Shown here piece by piece: positions 38,451-50,750 of a DNA stretch of 64,000 nucleotides. This DNA is from Hemiscyllium ocellatum (lineage: Eukaryota). Within the stretch, counting starts at the first letter, position 1. Each line of letters begins with the position of its first letter. Under the pieces are notes generated by a model, which was not told the origin of the DNA, searched no databases, and was given only the letters and a program-made list of their open reading frames with translations. The stretch spans positions 1,798,001 to 1,862,000 of the forward strand of contig NW_026867538.1 of the NCBI RefSeq assembly GCF_020745735.1. The letters are read 5' to 3'. The position numbers and the translations under genes are program-made.

Positions 38451-39194
38451 CTAAGACTAAATGTGCCAGATTTTGCTGTCGTTTCATTAATCAAAGCACA
38501 AATGGACAAGTGGTGGAACTCCTCTTTTTTTTTGTGATGCAACGATCGATGATCCAGGCTCTCAGTTCGTGGTGGTAATCAAGTCCCTCCTCTACAGTCT
38601 AACCAGAACTCCTCACTCTCCCATTGGCTGTTCCATCCACTCTGTCGTCTCAATAATGTTTCTTCAGGGTTATGGGGCTTCTGTGTGTGAAGGACAGAAT
38701 CTTCATCTCCACCCAACTCATTCAATCTGGTCTCAATGTATATTCCCGTCACCACATTTACAGTCATTTAAAGACTAATTGCCTTGCTCTATTCGCAATC
38801 AAATTCGACAACCACAAATTTACGATAAAGTATCTGGAATGAATTTGAATCTTTACTCTCCCTCTGCGTTCATGTTTCACTATGATGGTATGTGTTTCTC
38901 CGCATGTCTATGTGCGTTTTAATCCATATTCTTAATCTATACAATATACATTTAGACTACACATGTGTATGTTTCAGGATGTCAGTCTTTGAAAGGTGCC
39001 ATGGTTCTCTTTATGCATGCACGTCTAAGTCTCTGTCCGAAAGTGCTGCTGCATATTGTTTACATTGTAAAGCTTTATAAGATAATGGACCAGGATGATG
39101 GGTGGAAATTCAATGAACTGACGAGGCGTTTTTCCAAGTAAGAGAGATTTCAACCCTAAAGGACCTGGTGAGAAAGGAGAAATATTAAAGGAAG

Positions 39195-39400
39195 CTAAGC
39201 GGTAAATATTTCACACGGAGAGTGGGGCATGTATGGAATTAGTTGGCAGAGCAAGTGGTGGAGGCTGGTACAATTGCAATATTTCAAAGTCATCTGATAG
39301 GTGTATGAATAGGAACGCTTCGAGCGATATGGGCTGCATGCTGGCAAATGGAATAACATCACATGAGGATTTGGAGATGCCGGTGAATGGGGTGTACACA
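39195..39400 (+). mobile_element. CR1 3' fragment
   Basis: TTCACACGGAGAGTGG...TGGAA...GTGGTGGAGGCTGGTACAATTGCAATATTT. Confidence 0.78.
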
Positions 39401-39490
39401 CTTAAAAAATCACATTACACCAGGTTATAGTCCAAAAGGTTTAATTGGAAGCATACTAGCTTTTGGAGCCCCACTCTTTCATCAGGTGAT
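39400..39490 (-). mobile_element. PLE terminal-repeat fragment with decayed hammerhead
   Basis: Minus strand reads CAC-CTGATGA-AAGAGT-GGG-GCTCC-AAAA-GCTA-GTA (G12->A). Confidence 0.68.
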
Positions 39491-39959
39491 AGTCAGGCTA
39501 GGATTAGGATTAGATTAGGATGTCTGTTTGTCAGGGACCAGCTGAATATCTTGCAGTAGTTCCAAACTCTTCTGGCGACATCTCGGCTGATCATTCTTTC
39601 TGGACAATTCTCCTACACAACTGGTACAAATGGAATATCTGGACGGGTTGTCAGCGAACTGGACATCATGTCCAGATACGTGATGACACTTTTAAAGTCA
39701 CCAAGCTGCACGATGTTTACACACCAGTTTACACATCAGTGTTGTGGGATGCAAAAATATGACAGCTGATGCTTTATCACGGATTTAAGTGGTAAAGTAA
39801 CCAAAGTCGTCTGTGTGTGTGTGTGTGTATAAACGTTGGTAACTTTACCCATTAAACCCATGATAACGCATCTGCTATCATATGTGTATGTTTGTGGGCA
39901 GAAGTTAATATTAACTTCAATAAATGTCCTTTGCACGTAATGGTAATGTGGTTAGGTGT

Positions 39960-40590
39960 AGAAAACAATCAAGCCATCTTTTGTTTATGAGGTTCATTTT
40001 TTCTTAAGAGGGGGAGGTGTTATAAAGTTGAAGGTGTGTTCTGTCCATTTAAGACAGAGTGATAGCTGAAATGCTGGTAAACACCTGTCATGACTGCAGG
40101 CACAAAGTGTACTGGTCAATTTAATGTCGTGACATTTTGCTGAAATGTAGATATATGCTGTTTTCAGAGGAGTTTGAATTAAACTGATGATTTTAAATTA
40201 TGCTTCAAAATATGAAAACACAATTGAATTTGAAGTTTCCTCTTTTGGCAACAACAAAACAATGAGACGGTCTGATGTTTACGGATATAACAAGCAGTCA
40301 TTGTGTACAGTGAGCCAGAGAGAAAGAACACCTATGGTCATCGAAATCCTCTTACAGACTCTCGAAAATGTGCCTATTCCTATTAAAGATCTTTGTGGCA
40401 AAAGACCGAAGACAACCCAGGGAGATCGACATTACTGTATGGCTTTGCGAATTGATTTGCTGCAAATTAAGTAGGAGATTTATCGGATCGGTATATCGAT
40501 ATGGAGAGGGAGATAGATAACACTTTATACGTTAAAGGAGGCTTAGAATTGTAAATAGTTGTTGTTTGCATTCCTTGTCAGTTACGACAG
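39960..40590 (+). mobile_element. Gypsy polypurine tract and 3' LTR
   Basis: PPT AAGAGGGGGAGG (40006-40017) abuts TGTTATAAAGTTG at 40018, similar to the LTR start at 34404. Confidence 0.7.
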
Positions 40591-41464
40591 CCTTCCCAAT
40601 TCTACATACTCTCTTTTATGTTTGGAAATATTGCCGCTTCAACACATCTCTGTTACTTTGTGCAGTATTCCTACTTGCATGCATTCCTGGTATTTTTAAC
40701 TGTTGGAGGAAGATTTTGCACAGAGATTTCGAGTCCTCTGTTCGTCAGGACAAATTGATCTTTCTTCAGAGCTCATTAAGAAGGCATCTTTCGGAGAGGT
40801 CATTGCAGACAGACTCCAAGAGACGCCTGTACCTTCGAAAATACAAGATATTTTTTACAATGATTACACGCAACATTGACATCAGAGCTTGAGCACTCCA
40901 CGTTAATCATTTAGACTGACTCAAGACATTTGCCATTTGCATCATACTGAGTGAGTGTTGTTTGTGAACTTGTGAAGCTGCGAATGATCATTTCCCGAGG
41001 TCATAATTACTATGTCATATTTTGTGAATTCCCATTACAATGCTTTCCGTTATCCAGTATCCTTTCAAAGGCGTATCTGCTTACATGCATATTAATATGT
41101 TATTTGATTCTTGCATCTATACCATTCATCATTTGTCCTCAAGTCATTGGTATTTACACCACTTCTCATTAAATAATTCCCGAACCCCCATGTGCTGAAT
41201 GGTTGGAGGTGATTCTGTGTTGTCTACAGCTATTTGTCCATAACTTAACGATAGTTTGTGAATTCTGCTTCCAGTTTCAAGACAATGTTCGCACTTCCAT
41301 GTGCCTCTATTATTTTGGAGAGTATTTATAGCTCTCCTCTGCTGGTCAAATCATTCATCAGTAACATGTCATCGTCTGCACTTCTGACTTCACCTCTTCA
41401 CCTACTTCTGAGAACAAAGCATTCATCAATACGGCAGTACACTCAATATTTGCATACCATAAAG

Positions 41465-41600
41465 AAGACAAAGCACAGCAGATGCTGCAAATCCGAAACA
41501 AATACTGTTCTGACGAAGAGTCACTGGAATTGAATGATTAACAACTGTGGTCCCACACATGCGATCAAACGTGTCGAGTCTTGTCCGTAATTTCTCTCCT
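41465..41600 (+). mobile_element. Short PLE-terminal-repeat element, decayed hammerhead
   Basis: GCAGATGCTGCAAATCCGAAACAAA followed by GTT-CTGACGA-AGAGTCACTGGAATT-GAATGATT-AAC at 41507-41542. Confidence 0.6.
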
Positions 41601-44600
41601 TTGAAGTGAGATTTTCATTCATTTTCCCTTATGTCAGCAGATAGGAGAAGGACAACGATCTCTGCACGATGGTGTGGACTCCAGATGGTGGGGCCTGCTC
41701 TTATCAGGGTGGAAACCTCGGAGCAGGAGGCCATGGTCCAGAATCATGGCCCTATTCCTCGTCCTCGGACACGATAAAACGTTTCGTATGCGTCTCCCAA
41801 CCTTGGATGCGTTCCATGATCATGCCTGAAACGTAAGGTGGAGATGGGGAAGGTCTCTTTTAGAAAATCTGACAGATGGCGCCTCCCAACTCCTATACTC
41901 AACTCTCTGACCAATAAAGAATAAAGACCTGGCGCTTAGACTATTCAAAGAGAAGAATTTTCAGAAAAGTGTTCAGCAGTAAATCATTTCGGAAGTACTG
42001 GTCAACCAGAAAATCAAAGTGCAAAAGAACCAGAACAAGGTAAGAAAGAAAATAACAATGTGAGAATGACTCATTCTTCTTCACATACAGTAACATCAAA
42101 TTTAGTGGCAAACAGTTTCTATTGGAGTGAGCTGGACATCGTCTACAGAGTCTTTTGTAGTCATTTTCCTCTTGGCTGTAGAGAGCGACTCCGATTCGTT
42201 CCACTGCCCTGACCCAACCTGTGTCACTTCTTGTCTCTGTATTCCCCTCTTGTCAGTACTTTGGCTCTGTCCCAGCAAGTGGCGACCATGAGAGAGCGAC
42301 ATCACTGTCATTTCTATTTCAAAATATGTCTCAAAAATGCCAAAATGAAGAGAGACACTTTGGAATAAAACTGAAGTAAAGAAATAAACTTCTCAATGCC
42401 AGGAAATCCACATGGACTAGGTCTTCTATCCAGAGTTTACCGTGGTCTGTTCTAGTACTAAACACCATTCACAATCTTGTGGGATTATGGGAGGAAAGAT
42501 GTCCATTGTTCTATCATCGTTCAAGTTCAACGATAACTGCTTGGACTGACGCAGTCAATTACAGAGATTCTTAACGAGCAAAAATATATGTACATTGGAA
42601 ATCTTTATTTCAAAAGTCGAATTGTATTGACATCTCTGTCAATTCTGGAAGTTGCTTCTAGAATAAATCAGGGAGATAATTACAGAAAAGGTTTACTCAC
42701 TTGGAGAACGTCAAGAGGACATTATTATATACTCAAACGGTGCTTCTTGTGTGAAATGCTTTTGCCCAATATGGATCAAACTCAAGCAAGTGGGACGAAT
42801 TTAATTAGAGACCGTGTTCGTCGTGACTAGTTGTGCCGAAACATCTGTGTCATGCTGTATGACTCAATTACTTTATTAGAAAGTTGACAGATATAATAAT
42901 ACAATGTAGGGTTCATATATCACAAACAAGATCTGTTCCTCTCCCTCATCTATGTGTTACAAACTCCGAGATACCTCCTGCAACGCAAAGCAACACAACA
43001 TATTCATAATGAAATTTCATAATGTTGTACAAGTTGTTAGAACACTAAAAATGTCCTTAGGATAATTGGTGCTCCTGGTAAGTGATTTTCAGATAAAAAA
43101 CGTTGTTCAGTTTTCTCAATGCATTGGCTTCCGAAATGTTTAGTAAGAATATATTTCAGTTGCTGCAATGCTTATAGGAACACTATAATAGAATTACATT
43201 TTACGAATTTATTCTTAATCTATTTTGTGAATTAACGTCTCTCCGACTCAATTGATCTAAGCTCCAATTTTCCAGATTTTTAAATATGATGTTGTTGCAT
43301 TCAGTGTAACTTTTTTCCTGTAAAATCAACAGCAAGACGAGTAAACTCCCTGAGGGTAGCTATTACTTAAAGTTTACCAATATCAGTGTTGTCAGAAATG
43401 GAAGGACTCACGGAAGAATAGTGACTTCTTTTTCTCATAGGAACTGTCATCCAGATTTGTTGTGTGCATGATGATTGGTTCAATCCCATGTGTTTGTGTG
43501 CTTGTTGGAGTTTTGTCGTTTTTTAATCCTATTCATCGTGGGACATCATGCTACTCTAATCTAAGCAGATGCATCGATTGAGTAGTAGCATGTTCTCGTA
43601 CTTAATAGTCTTCTGGGTGGACAACACGAATAATAATTGAGTTGCACGACAGTACTTCAGGAAGCAATCAATACCAACATAGAGATATTAGCATAGATCA
43701 TTGAGATTTCTTAATATCATATAGTTGGAGTCTAACAAGATGTAAGGTGGTGATCGAAGCTTAATTAGCCTGAATCAAATCCACATGACTTGATTCTGTT
43801 TGCATTGGCTCCATCAACGTCTCCCTCGGTGCTCCCTCTGTTTCTGTTGTTCTGTTCATGGGACTGAAGGCAATACACACTATTCATTAGTAAATCTATC
43901 TCTTGAATCACAAGGTATATTCAAGCACTCTTTTCGGTCTCAGTTAATTATCGTTGAGACGTTTTGGCAAAGACGCTCTTCGAGGAGGAATTCAAAAATT
44001 CACTGCCTGACGTCGTATGAACCCATATGGACGAGCAACGAGTTGAAATAGGAAAGTCAGCAGCTGAAGCGGTTGATGATTTAGAGTTGGTCCATAAAAA
44101 ACGATTAGGATCCAGAATCAATTTCAAACCATGAGGCATAGAAGTTGGGGGAAAGAGATATCCTCAAGTGGAAAGGGAAAGGTAGATCTCGGTGAAGATC
44201 ATTCGGACAACTGACCACATTGTAAAAAGGAAACCATCGAAAGGCACAACGAAGGCAAAAAATCTCCCGTGATTTCATTGCAAAAACGTAGGCCACATAA
44301 AATCACATTGCTGGAGTTCGAGGAATAGGCTAGATGTAGCAAACGAAGCAGGAGTGGGAGTTCTTTTGGAATAGTAACAGAAAGTACAGTGAAAGCAAGA
44401 ATGCTGTTAAGAGTGTATAAGCTGATCAGTGATTAGTTAAAAAGGAATGTTGAAACTGCTTAGAAAATATGCCAGGAAAGATTACATTTATTTGCATTTT
44501 AGTCTTCTTTAGGCATCTTCTCCGATTGTGCAGTAACGAGATCATAGAGTCAGCACCTGAAGCAGGAGATATCAAAAGGTATCGACAATGAAGCTGAAGT

Positions 44601-44777
44601 AACGTTAGCAGAGACAATGTTCGATCAGATAGCGGAGACAAAACAGGAGCAAATAGGCAAGCATGCAAATGCCATTAGCTTGACAGAAATCATTGCTTTA
44701 TTGCAGAAAGATGAAGAATTAAAGCAATTGGTTCAAATGGCATTTTCAGAGAGGAATCTGAACGTATATGCAGACAA

Positions 44778-45035
44778 TCTAGCTCAGTAGTTAGCACTAC
44801 TAACTCTCAGCAGCAGGCATCTGAGCTCGATTCCAGCCTCGGGCGATTGCCTGCCTGGAGTTTGCGCATTTTCCTCGTGTCTGCGTGGGTTTCCGCCCAC
44901 AGTCCAAAGATGTGCAGGTCAGGTGAATTGGCTATATTGAATTGCTTTTAGAGATGGGTGGGATACTCGTCGGAGGTAGATGTGGACTGGTTGGACCATA
45001 GAGCCTTTTTACCCACTGTAGGGAATCTCGTCTAA
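44778..45035 (+). mobile_element. HE1-type V-SINE nested in Gypsy
   Basis: TAGCTCAGTAGTTAGCAC A-box, CTCGATTCC B-box, core and tail present. Confidence 0.85.
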
Positions 45036-46343
45036 TGTCAACACATATTCAAACAGTTAAGAAATGAGCAGAAATTCATCAAATTTTCTTGCCAGTGTGA
45101 TATAGAAGCGACGTGTTTCAAGGGAGGTTAGCTACCAAGGAGAGGACATTTCGGAGTGAGAGACAAAAAGATTATAATTTTTAAAAAAATTCTACCGGCC
45201 TGGACTCCACAAAGATGCAATGGGATTTGGCCAGACATGTCATACATGTCAGGTAATTGGAAACCCACACGTGGTAATAAAAACCAGCACATTTAACATT
45301 CCAGTATTTGAAGACGCTTTTACAAGAGTTTGAATTGTTTGGCGAGATTCCCTGCCTCAGACAAAAATTGGACTCGGTATTTATAAACTATAATGGATGC
45401 ATCATATAGATTTCCAGAGGCTGTCCAATTGCACAACATCACAGCTAAAAAGGTTATGGAGGATTTACTCATTTGTTTAACTAGACTAAGATACAGTCGG
45501 ATCGATGGACAAATGCCATATCCAAATTATTCAAGGGAGTTATGGACAGATTCGGAAGACAACGATTCCCATCAACTGTATTGCGTACCGAATTTCAGGG
45601 AACATAACAACGGTGGCATTAAACACTAAAGGTCACGTTGAGTGCTTATAGTCAATAATATCCAGATGAGTGGGATAAGTGAATTCTGTTTGTGCTTTGG
45701 CAATCAGAGATGGTCCAAATAAATCGACCAAATTCCGACCATTTGAATTAGTTTTTGGACATGAAGTGTTTAAAATTGATGAGGGAGAAGTTAGGAAGAC
45801 AGAATTCAGAGACCACGCATTTGGACTATGTGTCGAACTTGAGAGAATGTTTAATTAGAGCTGGGGTGTTGGCTAGAAGGCATGTAAAATATCACAGCGT
45901 GCAATGATACAGGAAGAAGACAAGACATCAAGAACTCACAATTTTCCTATCGGGCATAAGGTATGAGGTTTACTTCCAGTATTAGGTGAAACATTAAAAG
46001 CAAGTTCAGTGGAATTAATCAAATCGAAAGGAAATTGAGTGAGGTGGACTACGTGATAAGAACTGCAGATAGAAAGAAATCTCACAGAGTGTGTCAAATC
46101 AATATGCTCTGAAGGTATTTTGGCAGGGAAGGAAAGCAGGAGGAGAACGTGTTAATGATAACAACACAATGGAAAGAACCAAATAAAAAGGATTCTGAAT
46201 TGGACAGTGCTCAAATTAGGTTGGACATTTATCAAGTTGTCAAATAATTGAGATAAATTATTGAAATACTTTCATGAGAAAAAAGGAAAAGCAAGAGTTA
46301 TTACTACCACATGGGGAGATATGCGGACATTATCAGGGTAGTA

Positions 46344-46512
46344 GGAGGAAGTGAGGACTGCAGATGCTGGAGATCAGAGTCGATAGTGTTTTGCCAGAAA
46401 AGCACTGCAGGTCAGGCAGCATAATAAACGACTTATTTCTGAAACGTCGATTGTTGTGCTCCTCGGATGCTGACTGACTTGCTGCAATTATCCAGCAACA
46501 TACTCTCAACTC
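46344..46512. mobile_element. Short palindromic PLE-terminal-repeat element nested in Gypsy
   Basis: 46-bp inverted arms 46377-46422 and 46467-46512 around GAAACGTCGAT (hammerhead 3' half). Confidence 0.78.
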
Positions 46513-48248
46513 CCATAAACTGGCATGTACTAAGCTAATTATGCACGATGTAGATATGCATGATGCTGTTCATCCTTACAGACAGAACCCTGGAAAGTTA
46601 CCACAGGCTCAGAAGGATATTGAACACATTTTCTGAGACAACATAATCAAAGTGAGTTTCAGTGACTCCAGCTCGCCCATAGTCATGGTGTCCACGTCAG
46701 ATGGTACCCAACAGTCATGTGTGGACAATCGCAAAGTCAACGTAGTTACAAGGACTGATGCTCATCCAATTACGTGGTTAAAATATTGTAAAAAAAAACC
46801 TACGACAAACAACTTTCATTTCGAAGCTGGATTTGCTCAGAGTCTACTGGCACGTACCATTGTCAGAAAGAGCAAAGGCAATCTCGGCGTTCGTAACGCC
46901 AAATGCATGAGATCAGTTTAAAGTAACGCCATTTGGTATGAAAAATGTTCTAGCCACATTTCAGTGAGTAACTAATAACGTCATCGCTGGACTACACAAC
47001 TATGTTGTGTACATCGAAGACCTGATGATTTTCAGTCACTCGTGGGAAAAAAACAATTGCAGCATTTCTCGGATTTGTTCGATCGAATTTTGAAGGCAGT
47101 CACGTTGGTAAACCTAACGAAAAGTGAATTTGCCGAAACTCACCTTTCTAGATCATGTCACTAGACATGGAAAAATGGCCCCGTGGGATGCGAAACCGGA
47201 AGTAATTTTGAAATTTTCCATACCATCAACAGAAGTCGCAGTTCAAAACTTCGACATTATCGAATGTTCATGCCGAAGTTTAGCACTGTGACTGCTCCAC
47301 ACGCCGACTTGCTAAAGAAAGTCAAGAAGTTTCAATGGACAGCAGACTGTCAGAAGGCGTTCAACATTCTTAATTCTGAGTTAACCACTGCCCCAATATG
47401 AACCACACCTGATCATGCAAAGTCTTTCATGGTGGCTATCAATGGAGTGATGTCGGTGTCAGTGCCAGGCATCGGCAAGAAAACGATGAACAGACGTAAA
47501 GACCAATTGTGTTATTCTCCAGGAAGTTAAAAGTTCATCAGTAGAAATATTCTACAGTTGAGAAAGAGGCTTTGAACTTGGTGTTGGCGCTATAACATTT
47601 CAGTGTTTATATTGCTGGCAACGCACCTGAGACAATTGTATAGAATGATGAGAACCCATTTGGGGAGAACATTAAGAACAAATATGCCAGACTGTTTAGA
47701 TGGAGCCTGTACTTAGAGCCATTCAGTTTGAAAATTGTACATGTGGCAGGTCGAGAAAACATGATAGCTGATGCATTGTCAAGACTCGAATCCGAGCTGT
47801 CAGTGATGGGAGAACCACAGTCTGAATCTGAATGTGTTGCACATGTCTGCATGTTTATACTCTGTGAATATGTTTGAGTGTTTTGTTACACTAACCACTA
47901 TTTTTGATTGTTTTGAAAAGTGAAGCAATATTTGGGTATTGATGCTTCACCTTTTAAAAGGAAGAGGCTTCACAATGCTGAACTTTTTCCAAGGTTATCG
48001 TCCCCTTGATTTTTTTTTTTGCAGAGGCATGTTTATTGTCCAGTCTCCAACGAGAGGGGGTTTTGAAAGTTTTACAGAGGCCTTTGTTTACCCCTAACAG
48101 GCAATGCCTCCTACGTAAGGCTTTCATGTCTTAAAAAGACTCCAACCAAAATGCAGTGGCCAGCTCGTGGTTTAGCTAGCCTTCGTTTAAATCAGAGTTT
48201 TTTTTATTCAATTCAGCAGCAGTGTGTATGAAGAAAGGCTGCTGGGGA

Positions 48249-48477
48249 NNNNNNNNNNNNNNNNNNNNNNNNNNNNNNNNNNNNNNNNNNNNNNNNNNNN
48301 NNNNNNNNNNNNNNNNNNNNNNNNNNNNNNNNNNNNNNNNNNNNNNNNNNNNNNNNNNNNNNNNNNNNNNNNNNNNNNNNNNNNNNNNNNNNNNNNNNNN
48401 NNNNNNNNNNNNNNNNNNNNNNNNNNNNNNNNNNNNNNNNNNNNNNNNNNNNNNNNNNNNNNNNNNNNNNNNNNNNN
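48249..48477. other. Assembly gap (229 N)
   Basis: Run of N. Confidence 1.
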
Positions 48478-48632
48478 TTCTCTATCTCTCTCTCTACCTC
48501 TCTCTGTCTGTCTCTCTCTCTCCCTCTCTCTCCCTCTCTCTCTCTCACCCTCTCTCTCTCTGTCTCTCTCTCTTTGTCTTTCTTTCTGTCTCTCTTTGTC
48601 GCTGTCTCTCGTTTTGTCTGTCTGCCTCTCTC
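48478..48632. repeat. (CT)n/(GA)n microsatellite
   Basis: Imperfect TCTCTC run adjoining the gap. Confidence 0.95.
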
Positions 48633-49069
48633 TAACTTCTTTCCTGTAAGCTGTGTTTTGTTCAGTTTTACCCTTCTTGCAAAGGTATATGTTTATTAGG
48701 AGTGCTGCCAACATTTTAGGAAAAATATCCCGAAGTCGGGATAGTCTGTAGGGTTTTTGGAATAGTTAAGTTATCCGATATTCTATGTTCTGCTCTTTGT
48801 GTTACATTCCATAAATTTTGAAATAAATTCTGTTTGTTTAAAACTTGGGAGTCAGTCCAGCTAATTCACTTCCGGTGTATCTACTGTGCACTTACCTAAA
48901 ATAAATAGTAAAGTTATAGTGTGGGTTACTAGCTAAAAGATATTTTGAGGGGTCGGACATTGCCAAGAACAAGAGGAAAATAATTTTCTGCTTTTGTGAT
49001 CCTAACTGAGACACACTAATTTAAGGTTATGCCTTTCCGAATAAAACAAAAGCACTCTAGCCGCATATA

Positions 49070-50750
49070 TATGTTTGTGAACACAATTGTTGCAGGATTT
49101 CCTATTTGTGTGATCTACATAGATGACTTAGCGATCTTTAGTCATTCGTGGAAAGATCAAATTGTGCATTGAGCAGAGCATTTTGAGAGACCCAGATGGC
49201 AAAGTTGGTCATAAAATTAACAAAAACAGTGTTTGTGAAGGCTGAAGTGAAATTATTCGGATACAACATCGGAGTAAGGCATATGACAAAAGGAACTTAA
49301 AGAGAAGGCTATCGAGGAATTTCCAAGACCTTCCTCGAAGAATGAAGTGGTTTGATTAATAGTATTTAGTGGAATTTCAAGAAGTTTGTTACAAACGTCA
49401 GAAACAAAGTCGCGCCCTTAACGAATGTCCTTAAAACACACGCAGTTTTGTTGGAGAGAAGATTGTTTGGAGGTATTTGAGAAGTAAAAACAGTGTTAAC
49501 CACGGCAACTGTTTCAGCCATGCCGCATTTTCGGAAGTACTTCAAAGTTGCCACCGATGTGAGTGTAGGAGCTTGATTCGCACCAGGAGAAGATAATGCA
49601 ATTGAAGGGCCGATCAGTTGCTTTCCAAAGAAACTCTGTGTAAACTAGAAAAGGTAAAACACAATTACCAACGCGTATTGAGTTTGGTACTGACCTTATA
49701 ACATGTCAAGGTTAATGATGCAAACAGTTCATCAAACACGATTGTGTACACTGACCACAATATGTTGATATTTCTGGAAAGGTTTAAGAGTAAGATCATA
49801 GAAGTACTTAGTTGCAGCTGCATACTACAAGCACTTAATTTACCGATTCTTCATTTCATGGATACTTTGTCAATGATTAGAGAAAAATGTTATGTAAGAT
49901 TGAAACAGTCGTACTCAGTGATATATAAATGGAATTTGTGTTAAATGTATAACTTCCGTTTAATGAATGTGAATGTGGTGATGCAATAGAATAATGATTA
50001 CAAAGAGAAAGAACATCTTGTCAGAAAGGAACTTCATTTTCTACTAAAGGCGGAACGTGTTGTGAAGTCTTTGTTTGTAAATGTGAAAAGAAATTATAAA
50101 GTGGGGACTGCACTTCGTGTTGCTATTCAAAAAGTCGTGTGGGTGCTTCTATTTCTTTGCGTAGAGACAAAACTGATATCTGATAGCAGCTTGGGTTTGC
50201 AGGTACACAGGGAGTGCCTGAAGTGAATCATTTTGTAACAAACCCCCAAACAGCACTTTTAGCAATAGAACTAGGTGTCAAAGTTTTGCCAATTCGTATG
50301 AACAAAACAGTTAGTTACCAAAACTCTGTTAAACTTATATCTGATGGTTTCACCGGTCATCATGTACATAACACGAGGCAGAAGAAAAAATTGAGATAGC
50401 AAAATGCCTATTGTTAAGAGATATCAGCTCTCACCTCTCAGAGAAAGCTCAAGCTATTTGCCAAGGTACCAAGTATGCCATGTAAATTCCTGACACGGAA
50501 AACATTACTGAGACAAAGGATCTGTGGAGAAGACACAGAATGTCCCCGAAGATGTAACTTCGCTTTACAATCGAATGACTAAATGACGTTAATTTGATGT
50601 ATGAATGGAAGCTGAATTATTGCAGCTAGATATGATTAAAATTTCTCTTCATGTTGGACTAGGTAGCAGTTAAAGTGGAACTGTTCTGTCTGTTCGTAGT
50701 TTAGTTATTTTGTTCAAAGTTCGATAGGACATATAAATTGTTACTTAGAC
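49070..50750 (+). mobile_element. Second Gypsy RT-RNaseH fragment with 3' LTR
   Basis: IYIDDLAIFSHSW (~49115), FKVATD, VYTDHN (~49745); PPT-like CTAAAGGCGGAACG then TGTTGTGAAG at 50058. Confidence 0.8.

Larger units (their letters stand above)
43930..47790 (+). mobile_element. Gmr1-like Gypsy internal region: gag, INT, RT, RNaseH (frameshifted)
   Basis: gag EEFKNSLPDVV (~43982), Zn knuckle FHCKNVGHIKSHCW (~44275); INT GHFG, TCHTCQ, IMDASYRFPEA, PFELVFGHEV (45.1-45.8 kb); RT SSPIVMV, CVDNRKVN, PFGMKN, YIEDL (46.6-47.05 kb); RNaseH YSTVEKE, HVAGRENMIADALSR. Confidence 0.92.
47953..48971 (+). mobile_element. PPT and 3' LTR of the Gypsy element (spans the gap)
   Basis: TTTTAAAAGGAAGAGG PPT-like sequence after RNaseH; ends ...GAGGGGTCGGACATTGCCAAGAACA. 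Confidence 0.55.
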
